DNA of 62,203 nt. Origin: Perkinsus olseni. Its lineage: Eukaryota. This document shows positions 28,995-40,983 of this stretch, piece by piece. The stretch covers positions 1 through 62,203 of the forward strand of contig JABANN010000145.1 of NCBI GenBank assembly GCA_013115125.1, written 5' to 3'. Made by a program: the position numbers and the translations under genes. Each line of letters opens with the position of its first letter. Within the stretch, counting starts at the first letter, position 1. The notes below the pieces were generated by a model, which saw only the letters and a program-made list of their open reading frames with translations, was not told the origin of the DNA and ran no database searches.

Positions 28995-31900
28995 TCAAAG
29001 AGGTCCGTAGCCTGCCGCCCTTCTCTCCGATACCGTCCTCACTGCTGCGACCTCGGCCGGGGGATTGTCCAACCGACCGTGGCGTACCATACCACACCGA
29101 ACTCCCAGCATATCGACCTTGGAGTATCTTGGACTCCTAAGCTCCTGAGGTCGAAGCATGCAGGATACGAAGTTGAAGATACTCTCTACTTCATCATCAG
29201 GGCCCTCGCGATGCAGGATGAGACGCTTCAACAGACGCTCCATCGTCAGACGCTCATCATCGTCCATCCGACCAACAACAGCCGAGGGAGAGGGCCTGTC
29301 CTCCGCAGAGGACTTAGTACCGAGAGCCTCCTGAAAAAGGGTAAAATGCCGGTACCACAACACGCCCAACTCACATCCTGTCCAGGCGGAGCAGCAACCT
29401 TGATAGGCGTTGGTAGAGGCACTGTCTCCGGAGTGACAATAGACGGTCTGGCAGCGGGCTGTTGCTGACTGCATCCCAACCGCCCTCCCCCATCGTTCGC
29501 CGGTCTGGCAAGAGGCACCTGCCCATAGTAAAGGCCTCAAGACAGCCGCTGGCCGAGGGGCTGCTCCTCGTCGCCGAAGCTTGGGACGTTCCAATGCTTG
29601 TAAGGTTGGTAGCAGGGTAAGAAAGAGTCTTAACGTTAGCCCACTATGACGCGGACGACTTCCGAACAGTAAGGACAAAAACCTATGACTACGTGCTTTG
29701 CTTTGTGTCTACTATAAGGGTCGGATTAACCAATTACAATTGAACAACCGCTACTACCGAGCAGCGAGTCTCTGAGCCCTGGCCTTCGATGACGAGAGAC
29801 CGGCAGCTGGCCACTAGTGTTTGCACCTTGGGAAGGCATGACAGGAAAAGGAGCGACGGCTGAGGCCCCTCACCTTGCGCAAACCGGACGTGTCTAGGAG
29901 AGGCTGCAAATGACGCGAATAAACCTCATACCACTCCTTCTTCGAATCATCCACCAACACCCCCTCAACCTGCAAGACATTCCCCGCCACCCTCCGCCCC
30001 TACGCCTACCTCAATCCCCTCCAGCGTCTCCTCAATGCTCTCCTCTCCTCCCCTACTTCTCTCAGGACTTCTCGAAGTATCGATTGGAGCTGGCCTTCCC
30101 CGCTGCAGCCGCTGATGGCCCATCGCCGGCCCCTCAGTCGGAGACACCAACAACGTAGTGTTTCGTCGGTAGGGTTCATTTTCCTACCATCAGTACCATC
30201 TTTCCACCGCTTCCTCTCTTCCTCCTCCCTCACCGAGCCGCCCCCCTTTACTGCTTCCTCCATTCTCCTTCTCTCCTGTACTAAGGCCTCCTTGGCTGTT
30301 CGACAGTGCCGGTCCCCTCGTCGACAGCCCCTATCAATCTCCTCCAGGCGCTGCTGCTGGCATCTCATGGACACCAACTCCACCGTCAATCTGCCAGCGA
30401 AAGTCGAATAATTTTTCAGGCACATTCATACCAAATATTCCCGAATGAGCAGAAGAATACATGATAATGCACCATCGGGCGCATTCATACCAAAAATTAC
30501 CCAACGAGTAGGAAAATAATTGAGGAAGCAGCGTGCCCTTTCTTAATTCAGTTCACCCAACCCCCAGTCCCTCTCCCCGCAACCCACCTTTGCAGCTGCC
30601 ACCTCAGTTTATCACCAGCCCTCACTGACCCGTCCAGCGACCCATCCATCATCAGTCGCCCGGGCCGAGGACTGCAGTACCTCTCCACATGCTCAACAGT
30701 ACTCACCCTAGTATGACACCCCCTCTCCGCTGACCCTGAGCCAACCCTCATGAAAAAAGCGCGCGCCCAGTAGCCACAGCCGTTGCGCCTTACGAATGAC
30801 CCACAGCTGCGGTGAGGCAGCCAGGAAAGTCTCTGGATCATCAACGGTGAAGTAAAATTGATAGAAAGACTGCAATGGTCGGAGGCGAGGGTACATCTCC
30901 CTCCACTTATCCGCAAGCTGGGACAGGCTGCACCCAATCGCGAGAGCCCTGGCAACAGCATCGACTCTGCCGCTGCTAGGATAGTCGCCCACCTGCCCTC
31001 CTCGCCTTCTAGGGCATCGTTTCCTCGCCAATCGGTATCTTGCGCCCTACATACCGCGTCTACTACCTGCACGCTTTGACCTAAGATACTCGAAAGATTC
31101 CGGGCCCCTACTTTGACGATGAGCCGCCGGAAAGTGGCCAAGCTGAGCCACATCTCCCTCGGTGAGTCTTCATCATGCTCATGGGGGAGATCAGCACTGA
31201 TACCCTCAAGCTGCTTTACAACCTGCATGGTCAACAATCGGGTGAATCTCTCCGGATCCGGACAAAATTCCCCATTTTCATCACTCACCTCTTCCACATG
31301 CCCCAGATCAGGACTAGAAGTTGACAACAGCTCCGCTATCAGCGAATCCATCGCTGCAGACGAGCCCGGCTGAGCAGCCCCAAGACCGCCCTAAGACACA
31401 CTGCCGCCTCTCTCCGTGAATTCCCCTTACCATTAGTGGCGGTAGTTGGTACATGGCCATGAAGTCCCGCAGCATTTGCGTCCCTCCAGGGACGGCAGGA
31501 CCAGTGCTGAGCAACTGCTGCATGACCTGCTGCTGACTCTGGAGGAGCTGCTGGGCCACGAAGGCCGTGGCAGCCGCGGCGGCCCCCTCGTCAAGATGGG
31601 AGGTTGCGGTGGATTCACCCGGGGCCTGCACGAGACCAGCGATGTCTGGGAGTAAGAACTCTGGAGCTGGAGTATTTAGCTATTGCAGTAGGGAATGTAG
31701 CATAAAATTTCCATGCGATCTCATGTAGAATAGATCTTCCGTGAAGCACGTCTTTCAGAGACACCCGGTGAGGACTCGGGCGCCAAGAGTCGCGCAGAAG
31801 TTGGTACTGTGGCTCAGGTTCTGGCCATACACAAAAGAAGCAGTCCAGCACCACCTCTACGGTAAAACGACTGCTACCGGACCTCCACTTCCACGGCAAC

Positions 31901-33463
31901 AGCTATCACTAACCACCAATACTAGAGCGCTAAGTCACATGTCCCAACAGGCTTCAATATCCTACTTACCATATTATTAACCAACGACGGAGGCGGCGGT
32001 GCAACAGAGAGGCCCGTACCGAAACCTTGTCCAACAAGAGGAGCTAATAGCCATCGATAGGAGCTAGCAGTCCTCACCAGGCCTCTGCCCGAGCTGCCCA
32101 CCCAATCGCGCCAGCCAGTCCGAAGTATCAGCAGAAGGGCGTCGCCCGGACGGAAAGTGGGACAAGATATTGCTGTTGCCTCCCAGGCCAACCACAGGAG
32201 CTACCGGTACCGGGCTCTCGAGCATGTACTCTGGCTTCACTCGAACCCTCACCTGATGATGATATTTACATCATCACAGGCGAGACTGCCTCCAGCAGCC
32301 ACCTCCGGATGAGTTCCGATGAGATCAAGCTCCTTGATGGTCCGCAAAAACGGCATCAACTTGACGACCCCAAAGCGCTCTCGAAGCGACTTGAGGCTGT
32401 GGGCGCCCTGGTAGTACCTGACGATAAATCTTGGTGATCCGAGACGACTGCCCCGCCTCTACCTGTCCCATTCCGCGGCGAATAAGGAGAGTGCCAAGCC
32501 AGCCTGCTGGGGGTGATTGGAGGCGAGTGGGTCTCTTCTAACCCCACCACCGACCACAGCCGCACTCCGACGGCAAAACTCCCTATCAGGAATATCAACA
32601 ACATTTGACAGCCTGTTCTGAATCCATCCAAGTTCAACCAAAGATATGATCAGGATACAGCAACCAGCAAAGGTGATTCTCCTTCGAAGACCCACCTGAC
32701 TACGACCACTATCATCCTCCTAAAAATTTGTAGCTCTTCTGGATGGTCCCCATACGCTTGGTCCACCACAATCTTATCACCATGACGCCCCAGAGGGGGG
32801 CAGCAGGCGGCCATAGACAACGGACTGCTCAGGCCTTCGTTGCCCTCTGATAGATATGACCTCACTAGGAAGCCTCGGCGGCCGAGCACAGACCACCTGT
32901 CGCCTCCTCCGCTGGGCCTCTGCACCTGTCCTCATTCTGCAAATCATCATCACTCTCCACGATATTGACTCGCGGCTGAGCGACACCGGTAATTTCCCCT
33001 CGACTACTTTTATGCTACTTTCAAAGCATCAACAGTTTCCGACAAATCCTCAAACCTTGTACCAGCCACCACCAGCCACTTCCCCGTGCATCGTCTATAC
33101 TGATGCGGCAGCTGGTTAACCCGAATACCGGTCATTCCAGCTGACCGAATAACCTGCACCCAAGTGACCCCCCGACAGCACCTCCGCGTTTACTACCTCC
33201 GCCAACTCCCTCAATAGACACTCGCTGGGCTCTCCTGCGCTGGTCGGAACAAACTCGGCTGCATCCGGGTTGAAGGCCGATGACGTGGCTTGTTTCTGGC
33301 AAGGATCGACTTAAAATACCTCAGTGAGCATCCACCTGACCTCCCTGTTGGCTGAGAGTGGTACGAACACCTTCGCCTCGACGTTGAAGGGCGTAGCGGC
33401 CCTGGTAGGAGCATCCGCTGGCGACACCTTCTGGCCAGCAGGAGGTGGACCGTTGCTACTCAT
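28995..33463 (-). CDS. Protein with two PAM2 motifs and about four LOTUS/OST-HTH-like repeats, multi-exon
   Basis: PAM2-like FNVEAKVFVP and FNPDAAEFVP. LOTUS-like repeats: GIRVNQLPHQYRRCTGKWL..RFEDL, GLALSLFAAEWDRYY...FGVVKLMPFL, GCSLSQLADKWREMYP...ETFL and GVLVDDSKKEWYEVYS...SGLRKVQTLV. Confidence 0.65.
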
Positions 33464-33613
33464 CAACTAGGGAAAGCGAACAACTAACATAGAAAGACAG
33501 CTTTAGTAACGTACTTATCTTCCTAGTCAACTTGAACCCAAGGAGTCGGGTAAAAACCCTCGATTGAAATAATCCTCAAGGCATCGACCAGTACATGGTA
33601 CAATCAGCCACGT

Positions 33614-34181
33614 CTACCAGCTCTTAAGCCGCCTCCAAGTCGCGGTTATGGGACAGGGTCTCCAGCTGAAGAGAGAGTGAAGAACGTCAGCGGTGTTAAT
33701 TAGTGTTGAGTGACGAGCAGCCGTTTCACCATCATGGGCGGGCGACGCGAAAGATACTTGGGCGATCTCAGCACACAAAACCTGGCAAACTACCCGACCC
33801 TCTGTCACGTTCCGCCCCGCTAAGCATGCCAGTGGTCGTCGAAGAAGTTTCCCCCGGGGCGGCATCTGTCCATCAGCAACAGATAGCACGACAGAGCAGC
33901 CTTGATGTGGGAAGGGAAGAAGTCCAGTACCCCTCGCTGAAGGTAAAATTGAGGAGAGGTGACGCGATCTATCATGAGCTTGTTAGCTATGGCCCTATCC
34001 ACCGCAAAATAGACCATCAGAGAGAGAACCGAGCAGTTCTCAAACCGCGCTGATCGCTTCATCGTCGCCACTCTCACCCGGGGCACCCTTATCCTGTCCT
34101 CAATCGCACAGTATAACACAACTGCAGCTGCACGGGAGGAAAAATTGGTATTTACCTTGCACTGCGCAGCTCATCGTCCAT
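33614..34181 (-). CDS. Short multi-exon hypothetical gene, or 5' exons of the downstream gene
   Basis: Alternating GT-AG-bounded open segments; no recognisable domain. Confidence 0.25.
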
Positions 34182-34815
34182 TGCCTGCTCGTCTACGAAG
34201 AAGATACGAGAATTATACGAGTCGATCAGCTGGGCGCGCGCGTATGACTTCGCGCGCAATTGCGCTGGTAACGTGGCAGAGGTAAGTCTTCGGTTTTCTC
34301 ATGTATTGGATAGGTAACAACTGTTACAAGTTGTAACTTACAACCCTATGAATCATAGGCTATGCGCCCGCGATTGGGTGAGAGAGTGCGGTTTGCTTCT
34401 CGCCTGCCCAATTTTTCCTCCGGCATAGCTCAAACTTTTCTCCTCTTCCGCCCAAGTTTTTCTCGCTCGCTTCCAAATTTCCTTCTCCTCTCATGGCTAT
34501 AATGCTGGCGGATGCGAGCTCGACCCAGCCCTGAGGGCTGAGCCCTCCGCTCCCTGGATGTGGAGGTAGGATACTGGAGACTGTTGACTCGACCCAGCCC
34601 GGTACGGAGTCGGGCAGGTCTCGTGTCCTACTGGGCCGTGGTGGCCAAATTTGGGTATCCCCACCGGGGAAGTGTGTGACGAGGCCCTCGTCACACTGAG
34701 TCATGTTGAGTGTCATTGCCATTGACTCATTGGGGATCGAAATTTGGGACTAAAGCTGGGAGTTTGCGAAGAGCTATCATCATGATAGTATCATGAGCAG
34801 TTGATTCCGTTATCA

Positions 34816-36235
34816 ATGTCACCTGAACAGTTCATCATCGGAGCTGCAGCTGCTGCCATCACACTCCTCTCGAATTCTCCCCTCGTTGACGCCATCGGGG
34901 CGATTGCCCCCGAAACTCCTAATAACGTAAGGGCCTGTGTAATCGGTGTACCTCTAGCTCGGCTACAATTAGCTAGACTAGCTGCCCTCCATTCTCTTCT
35001 TCTCCAAAGTCTTTGGACGCGGCACGGCCCATTGGGCCCTATTCCCTTCTCTAAGAGGAGAGAAGCTCCAACTTCGAAGTTCTCGTGTCTAGAACATTGC
35101 TGAGATAGCGAAGCCAATGTTCTCGCTTTGTGCGGGCGTTTGGAATCATCCAATCCGATTCCGAGAAGCAATAAAAGCGAGTGAGGTATCGTACGACAGC
35201 TCGCTGTACAGGCCCCATACTATAGGGAGCTTGCGGAGTTACCCGAAACCTGAAACCGGCAAGAAATGAATGCGCAGAAAATTACATCGGTACTACCGAT
35301 TCGATAGGATTTGACCCTGCAAGTCCATCTTTGCTGGGATGTCTTAAGGTGCATGCTCCGTGCCCTCGTCGGTCTCGAGAACTCGTTCAAGTGTGTATTC
35401 TTGACGCATCTTTTACTCTCAGGATTATCCTCCTTGGAGTAATAAGTCGTCCTTCAGTACCCGGACAAACACGACTTTTTGTGAATATAATAACTTTGGT
35501 CTGATTAGCTATGGGCAATGCTTTGATGGTGGACCGGAGGTCTTCAGTGTGTCTGTAGAAGAGAACAGGATCTACACATTCCGAATTTCGTGTCCCAGGA
35601 CTGCCTCCAGACCGAAGTTTCATGCAAGGTAAGTGGTGGTGAAATGTCGCAGGAATAGTGAAGAAGGGTTGATGAAATGATTATGCACTCCATCCACATT
35701 TTTTCTTTCACGCTACAGATACGGGACCGAGGTCTTTTATAATCCGGAGTGGAGTGACAAGCTTTTTCGGGATGGCGGAAGACCTTATCCGAACGACACC
35801 AGCCCAGACCCACTTAGGATCATTGAAACTAGCAGTATAGGCGATATAAAATTGAAACTGAACTTGGCGGCGAGTAAGATAAAATTCGAACCTCAATTTG
35901 ATCATTACCCCGATACGCCTAACTATGACTCTGATGATGAAGACCCAACTTTCTTCGATGATAACGATGAGACCACTTCTGCTGGTGTCGATGGCGAAGA
36001 AGCGGAACCGCTTCAGGATACGTTCGATGCGCAAAGGAAGTACGTCCCATCAACTGCAAGTACTGACCTCCCTATCGAGGAGCTAGAGGAGGTGTGTACG
36101 GCTGCTATGCATCTCGTTAAGCAAAGATTCGAAGATTTCGATCAATTATGCACCGCCCAATACGAAGCCCTGAACAGAGTCTTCGGCGTAAATGACGCAG
36201 AGAAGGTCACTCCCTCGGTCAGGAGGAGCGAGTAG
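34816..36235 (+). CDS. Hypothetical secreted-type protein, 'MSPEQFIIG' family copy 2, multi-exon
   Basis: The first exon is nearly identical to 10563 onward. The upstream and 3' flanks are also homologous to those of copy 1. Confidence 0.6.
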
Positions 36236-36843
36236 CAGATTCGGTGACTCACCGGCGATGAGAGATGAAAGTGCTGATGACATTAGCCTAATGTTTATAA
36301 ATCTTCTTTTTCTGCCTGCTCTTTCATTTCTATTCCATTAGCAATGAATAGTGCAAAGAGACAGGATGATGATGTAGAGAACATGTAGTTGTATGCCCCT
36401 TCTACCCCGGCTTTGCGTTTTTCGTTATCCCGAATACAATTGACTATCCCGCAATCGGTGTCACCAGAGACCGGTGGGGTTGACGCTTTGCCGACCGTCC
36501 GATTAAGTCCCACTATACTGATGCCCAGCGAGTTCGCCGCGCCTGAAACTGTCATCTTGGGACCCAGCGTTGAGATTACCGCGCGAATGGACTCCGCGCT
36601 ACCATCCTTTTGACTGCGGTTCGGTCCCACAGAGGTCAGTCAATGGAAATATGGGTGCCTGGAAAGAGGAGGCAGACAGCCATTATGGCTGAGCCATAGA
36701 GGAAGTTCACTGTACGAAGTGAGACTCCATGAGTTTGTGTTGTATTGAATGAGACTGTACGAGCATAAACTATTCCAGCGACTCTCACCATCCGAAATTC
36801 GGATTCCGAATTAACGCCAAACAACAACGCGGAGTGTGCCTTA

Positions 36844-39800
36844 TCAGGTGAAGCATAGCTGATGCCGTAACGTTTCTATTAGAGCTAGATGCGCCGGCAC
36901 TCCGCTGACCCTTTCCTTCAACCGGGATGCTGTTTTCTCAAGCGTCCATTCATCTGACACGGGAAAGTTGTGACCGCACTTCGGAGGTGGTTTCGCACCT
37001 CCACCCTTCAGAGCTTCGTCGAGCAACTCCCGGGTTTCCGACTTAGCAAGAAGGTTGCCACTACACTTGGATGCATCATCACTGCCTTCGACGTCGGCCT
37101 AAGATACGCCGAGAATCTTTTCCGAGAGGAAAAAAACAATGATGCAGTATGATAGGAATGCCGTGATGAAGGATGTTCGAAAATATATATTGCAAGAGTC
37201 GATCTCAAGATACCCACCGACATTTTTGTTTTTCGCACAACACTACCTGAATGCTACTTTCTCTGCTCGATAAACTCGTCTGAACTCATCCCCCTTGGAA
37301 GAAGATATACCGGTGCTAGTCTGACTGAGCCGGTTTTAGGCCTTGGACTTAACATTCACACACACAATTTTTCCCGCGCAGGGATTCCATGCAAAACCCC
37401 TCACCTCTTCTGCGTCATTTGCATCACCAAATTCGTCCTCCATCGAGCCCAGCTCATCCAGGGCCTCCTCGGAGATCTCTTCCATATCAGCATCCACCGC
37501 CGGGCCTTCACCATCCACTTCCATCATCATCGCCTCCTCGATGCCCTCATTGGACAAGTTCACGTTCTCGAAAGCATCCACTTCGCCAGATTCTGAGGGA
37601 GAGTTGCTAACTGTGAACCTCCGCAAGAGCCTAAGCCGAATCGGCGTCGGACTATAGTTTCACACGCACACCGGATTCTAAGGGAGGGAAATAACAGGAC
37701 AATCTCCCTTCACAAAACCCACCTTCTGCATTCCTGGCCTCGTTCATCTGCGCATCTTCCGCTTCGGCGTCTAACTCTTCCTGATCTGGAGATGGGGGCA
37801 AGCCGAACTCCGGCATGGGTGGAAGGGCGGGTTTGACAGATCCCTCTGGAGCCTCTTCTGGTGTCTGATCGGCACTCGGGTCATGCGACACTAACAACGA
37901 CAGCAAACGCTCACCGTAGCGGACTGCCCCACGCTGGCTTCCGCAGGAGGTCTATCAGGAGACGATGGTGCCGTCGTTTTTGTTTTTCTGAGAAGACGTT
38001 TAAGCCAGATAGACCTCGAACGCTCGTTTACCTTTCAAGAAGGACTTGACTTTTATAATACTTCTCCTGTTGCCTCAGTCGCTTCTTCTGAAGACTGTCG
38101 CTGCCCAGCTCGTCATGGCTAGCTGTCACCAAGTGTTGAGGACTCATCTCACCTGTCAAAAAAACCAAAGATGTGATGGCGCTCTGGGGCCGGCAAGGAT
38201 TCCCCTCACCCGTCAACACTCGGCGTCGCAGGCTGGCGTTTTGGGGATCCGACAGGTTGAAATTGACCGTTCGATACGCCGCTCTGTAGGCCTTGCTTTT
38301 AATGCTCTGCCCGTGGTTGCCATACAGAGCTGCCTCGATCCTAGTCGCCAGGGACCGCAGACACTGAAAGAGTGCAGCCGAAGACATGAACAATCAATTC
38401 TTCGCGCAAAATCATTCACCTCTTCCTCGCTCCGCTCCGGCTCTTCCGATTCCATTTCTAAAACGGTCATCGGCAGCCCCGCCGCTTTCATCTCCGTGGC
38501 ACCAAGCAACAGCGACTTGAAAAATTTCTCCGCCACCTGAAAGGCAACGTATCTTTCAACTGACACCCCAGGTCCTAGATCTCTTCCACCTGTTTGCGCT
38601 TCTCTTGAGACTGCGGCGAGTCCCCCGACTTCCTTTTCTTATTCTTCCGACTGCTCTCCGGACTGCCGCCAGAATCGCTCGGAGACTGCCCGTCATTCGC
38701 GGACGACGATGGTGCAACGTCGCAGTGTTCAAGGGCTTCATTGGTCGGCACCGTTGGGGTTGCCTACAGGTTTCAAAGGAGATGGTATGAGAATTCCACT
38801 TGCCGGAGGGTGGTCGCCTACCGGGCCTTCAGTCGGTTGCACCGTCACACCGTCAGCGCCGCAGCCACCGCAGACGAAGACGATGGGCAGCTGAGAAGGA
38901 TAACCTCAACTTAGGGAATTGAGAGAGTGTCTGCTGAATTAGCTCCGTTTGAAACGTGTAATGCCGGCTCGGAATCCATTCTGACTTCACTGAGCACCCC
39001 CTCGATCCTTCCGATAGAGTAACAGGAGTTGAGAAATGTATGGTACGATCACCAGCAGTACACGTTACGGAGCCAGCTGATAGCGATTGAAGCAGCATTG
39101 ACCCGGTCCAACAGAGGCGCTTCACGTCACCTACGGGGCTGGCACCTCCGAGCCGAGAAATTTTCTCTTTTTTCTCCGTGAATTGAGGAATTTTCTTTCT
39201 TTCCTCCGAGAGCTGAGAAATTTTCTCTTTTTTCTCCGAGAGTTGAGAAATTTTCTCTTTTTCCCCGAGAGTTGAGAAATTTACACTTTTTTTACCGAGA
39301 GTTGAGAAATTCTCGGAGAAAACGAGGCGCGCATGGCACGATCAATCAGAACATTATTCCTCAGGCCTCTCTACGACGATTCAAACATCTATGTTACTAT
39401 GATGATGATATGCTTCACCTACACCAATACCAGAAAGACCTACAGTGATGCACTTGGAGACGTATGAAGTCAAGGAGCGGTGCTATTTACCTGCGCTGGC
39501 GATTCTTTCGTCGCTGCGGTTACCCCTGGCACGGCATCAGGATGGTAAAGCTTGTGACAGTTAGTGCACTCGTATACCCTCAACTCAGGATTGATAACTT
39601 GCAGGTGAAGTATGGGAACCTGCTCTTCCCACATCTCGAGACTCGTACGAATGGGAGGACTTACAATAGACGTTGCGGCCCCCTTCGGATCTGGCGCCAA
39701 CACCGCCCGGGCTAGCTGCTTCGGTGAGCGCCCTTCGGTTTCGGAGTAGGCCTGACAAACACGACATGCCACCCTTCCAACGCCTTCAACAACAATGTCA

Positions 39801-40847
39801 CCTGTCTCGTATAATAAATTCCTTTGGTCGGGATGCTGATGTCCAACTTCAACCACTCTTCGATCGGAAGGACCTGTGGAGGGTGAAAAGGATGCTACAG
39901 TGGAGAGGTGCGGAACCTCGCTGCGGAGGGAAGGAGGAGCTCCTTGGCGGGCGTTCTGCGATATTATAACTCTGCCCGCAAAGCTCAAGAATCTACGAAA
40001 TTTTTATACAGAACACAATAGAGCTGTGCTGATTATACTAGCTTCGGATTATCAATCCATTCTATCAACTACTCCACTTTCTATCTGCTCTAATATCTCG
40101 GTCACTATGAACTAAATCTACTTATGTTGTGTTCTACAACTACTACGAGATAGTGCACCCTGCCTCGCCCTAACACGCGTTCTTCAGCGATGGAAAGACC
40201 CACAAAGTCACCCGGTGTGAAACAGCCTTAAATAGGAAACCGCCACCTCCGCTCGGGTTACCTTCACCAGGGCGGTGATGGCCTCCGGCGGATTCCAATC
40301 CTCCTTGTACCCGCCCAACAACTCCGACGCTCCGAAGCTGCTGATACTTCGCCCAGTGGCTGTCTCGATGTCGGGCATACCAGCAGACGGACCGAAGTCC
40401 AAGTAGGGCCGCCAGTACCTACTCAATAAGATGTGTTCGACATATTTCATTTGAACCCAGGACCGACCTAAGATACTACAGCTACCTGCTCAACCTACTC
40501 CGATCAGTATCGTTGATGCTATCAGTTCTACTATGTTCCCTAACTTTCTATAATTTTACCACGAAATAATATTTTTATTTCTTAAATATCATAAAATTGA
40601 CAACATTCAAATACATCAAAATATTTCCATACCATGAGTTTGGAAACTCTCACCATCGGCACTTGAGTCCCCTCCCCGGTTGAAAATCTTCTATCCGTGC
40701 CACATAGGGCTTGCTAGGATCCCCACTGAACAGCTCCACATCACTGCCTCGGTGTATGGGGATGTTCAAGACAGGGTGGGTCACCAGCAGCTCGCCCGGG
40801 GCCTCGGAGAGTATCTTTTTTAACTGCGCTTCCGAGGGTGCTGCCAT
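36844..40847 (-). CDS. BAH + PHD-like + TFIIS central-domain (TFIIS-M) protein, multi-exon
   Basis: BAH: KPYVARIEDF...KCRW|YWRPY. PHD-like: CRVCQ...ECTNCHKLYH. TFIIS-M: LATRIEAALY...YRAAYRTVNFNLSDPQNASLRRRVLTGEMSPQHLVTASHDELGS. Acidic C-terminus. Confidence 0.78.
39152..39320. repeat. ~30-nt intronic minisatellite (ccgagagttgagaaattttctctttttt), ~5 copies
   Basis: Direct reading; imperfect tandem units. Confidence 0.85.
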
Positions 40848-40983
40848 TATACAGACCCTGACTGGATTTATGATCGATCGGCGTCTTCGCTACAATTGGC
40901 GATCCAAACTCGCTGAACCCAACTCCACGACAAGTAGCAGAAAAAACTACAGAAAAAATATCCAAGGTTGAAGCATGTCGTTA

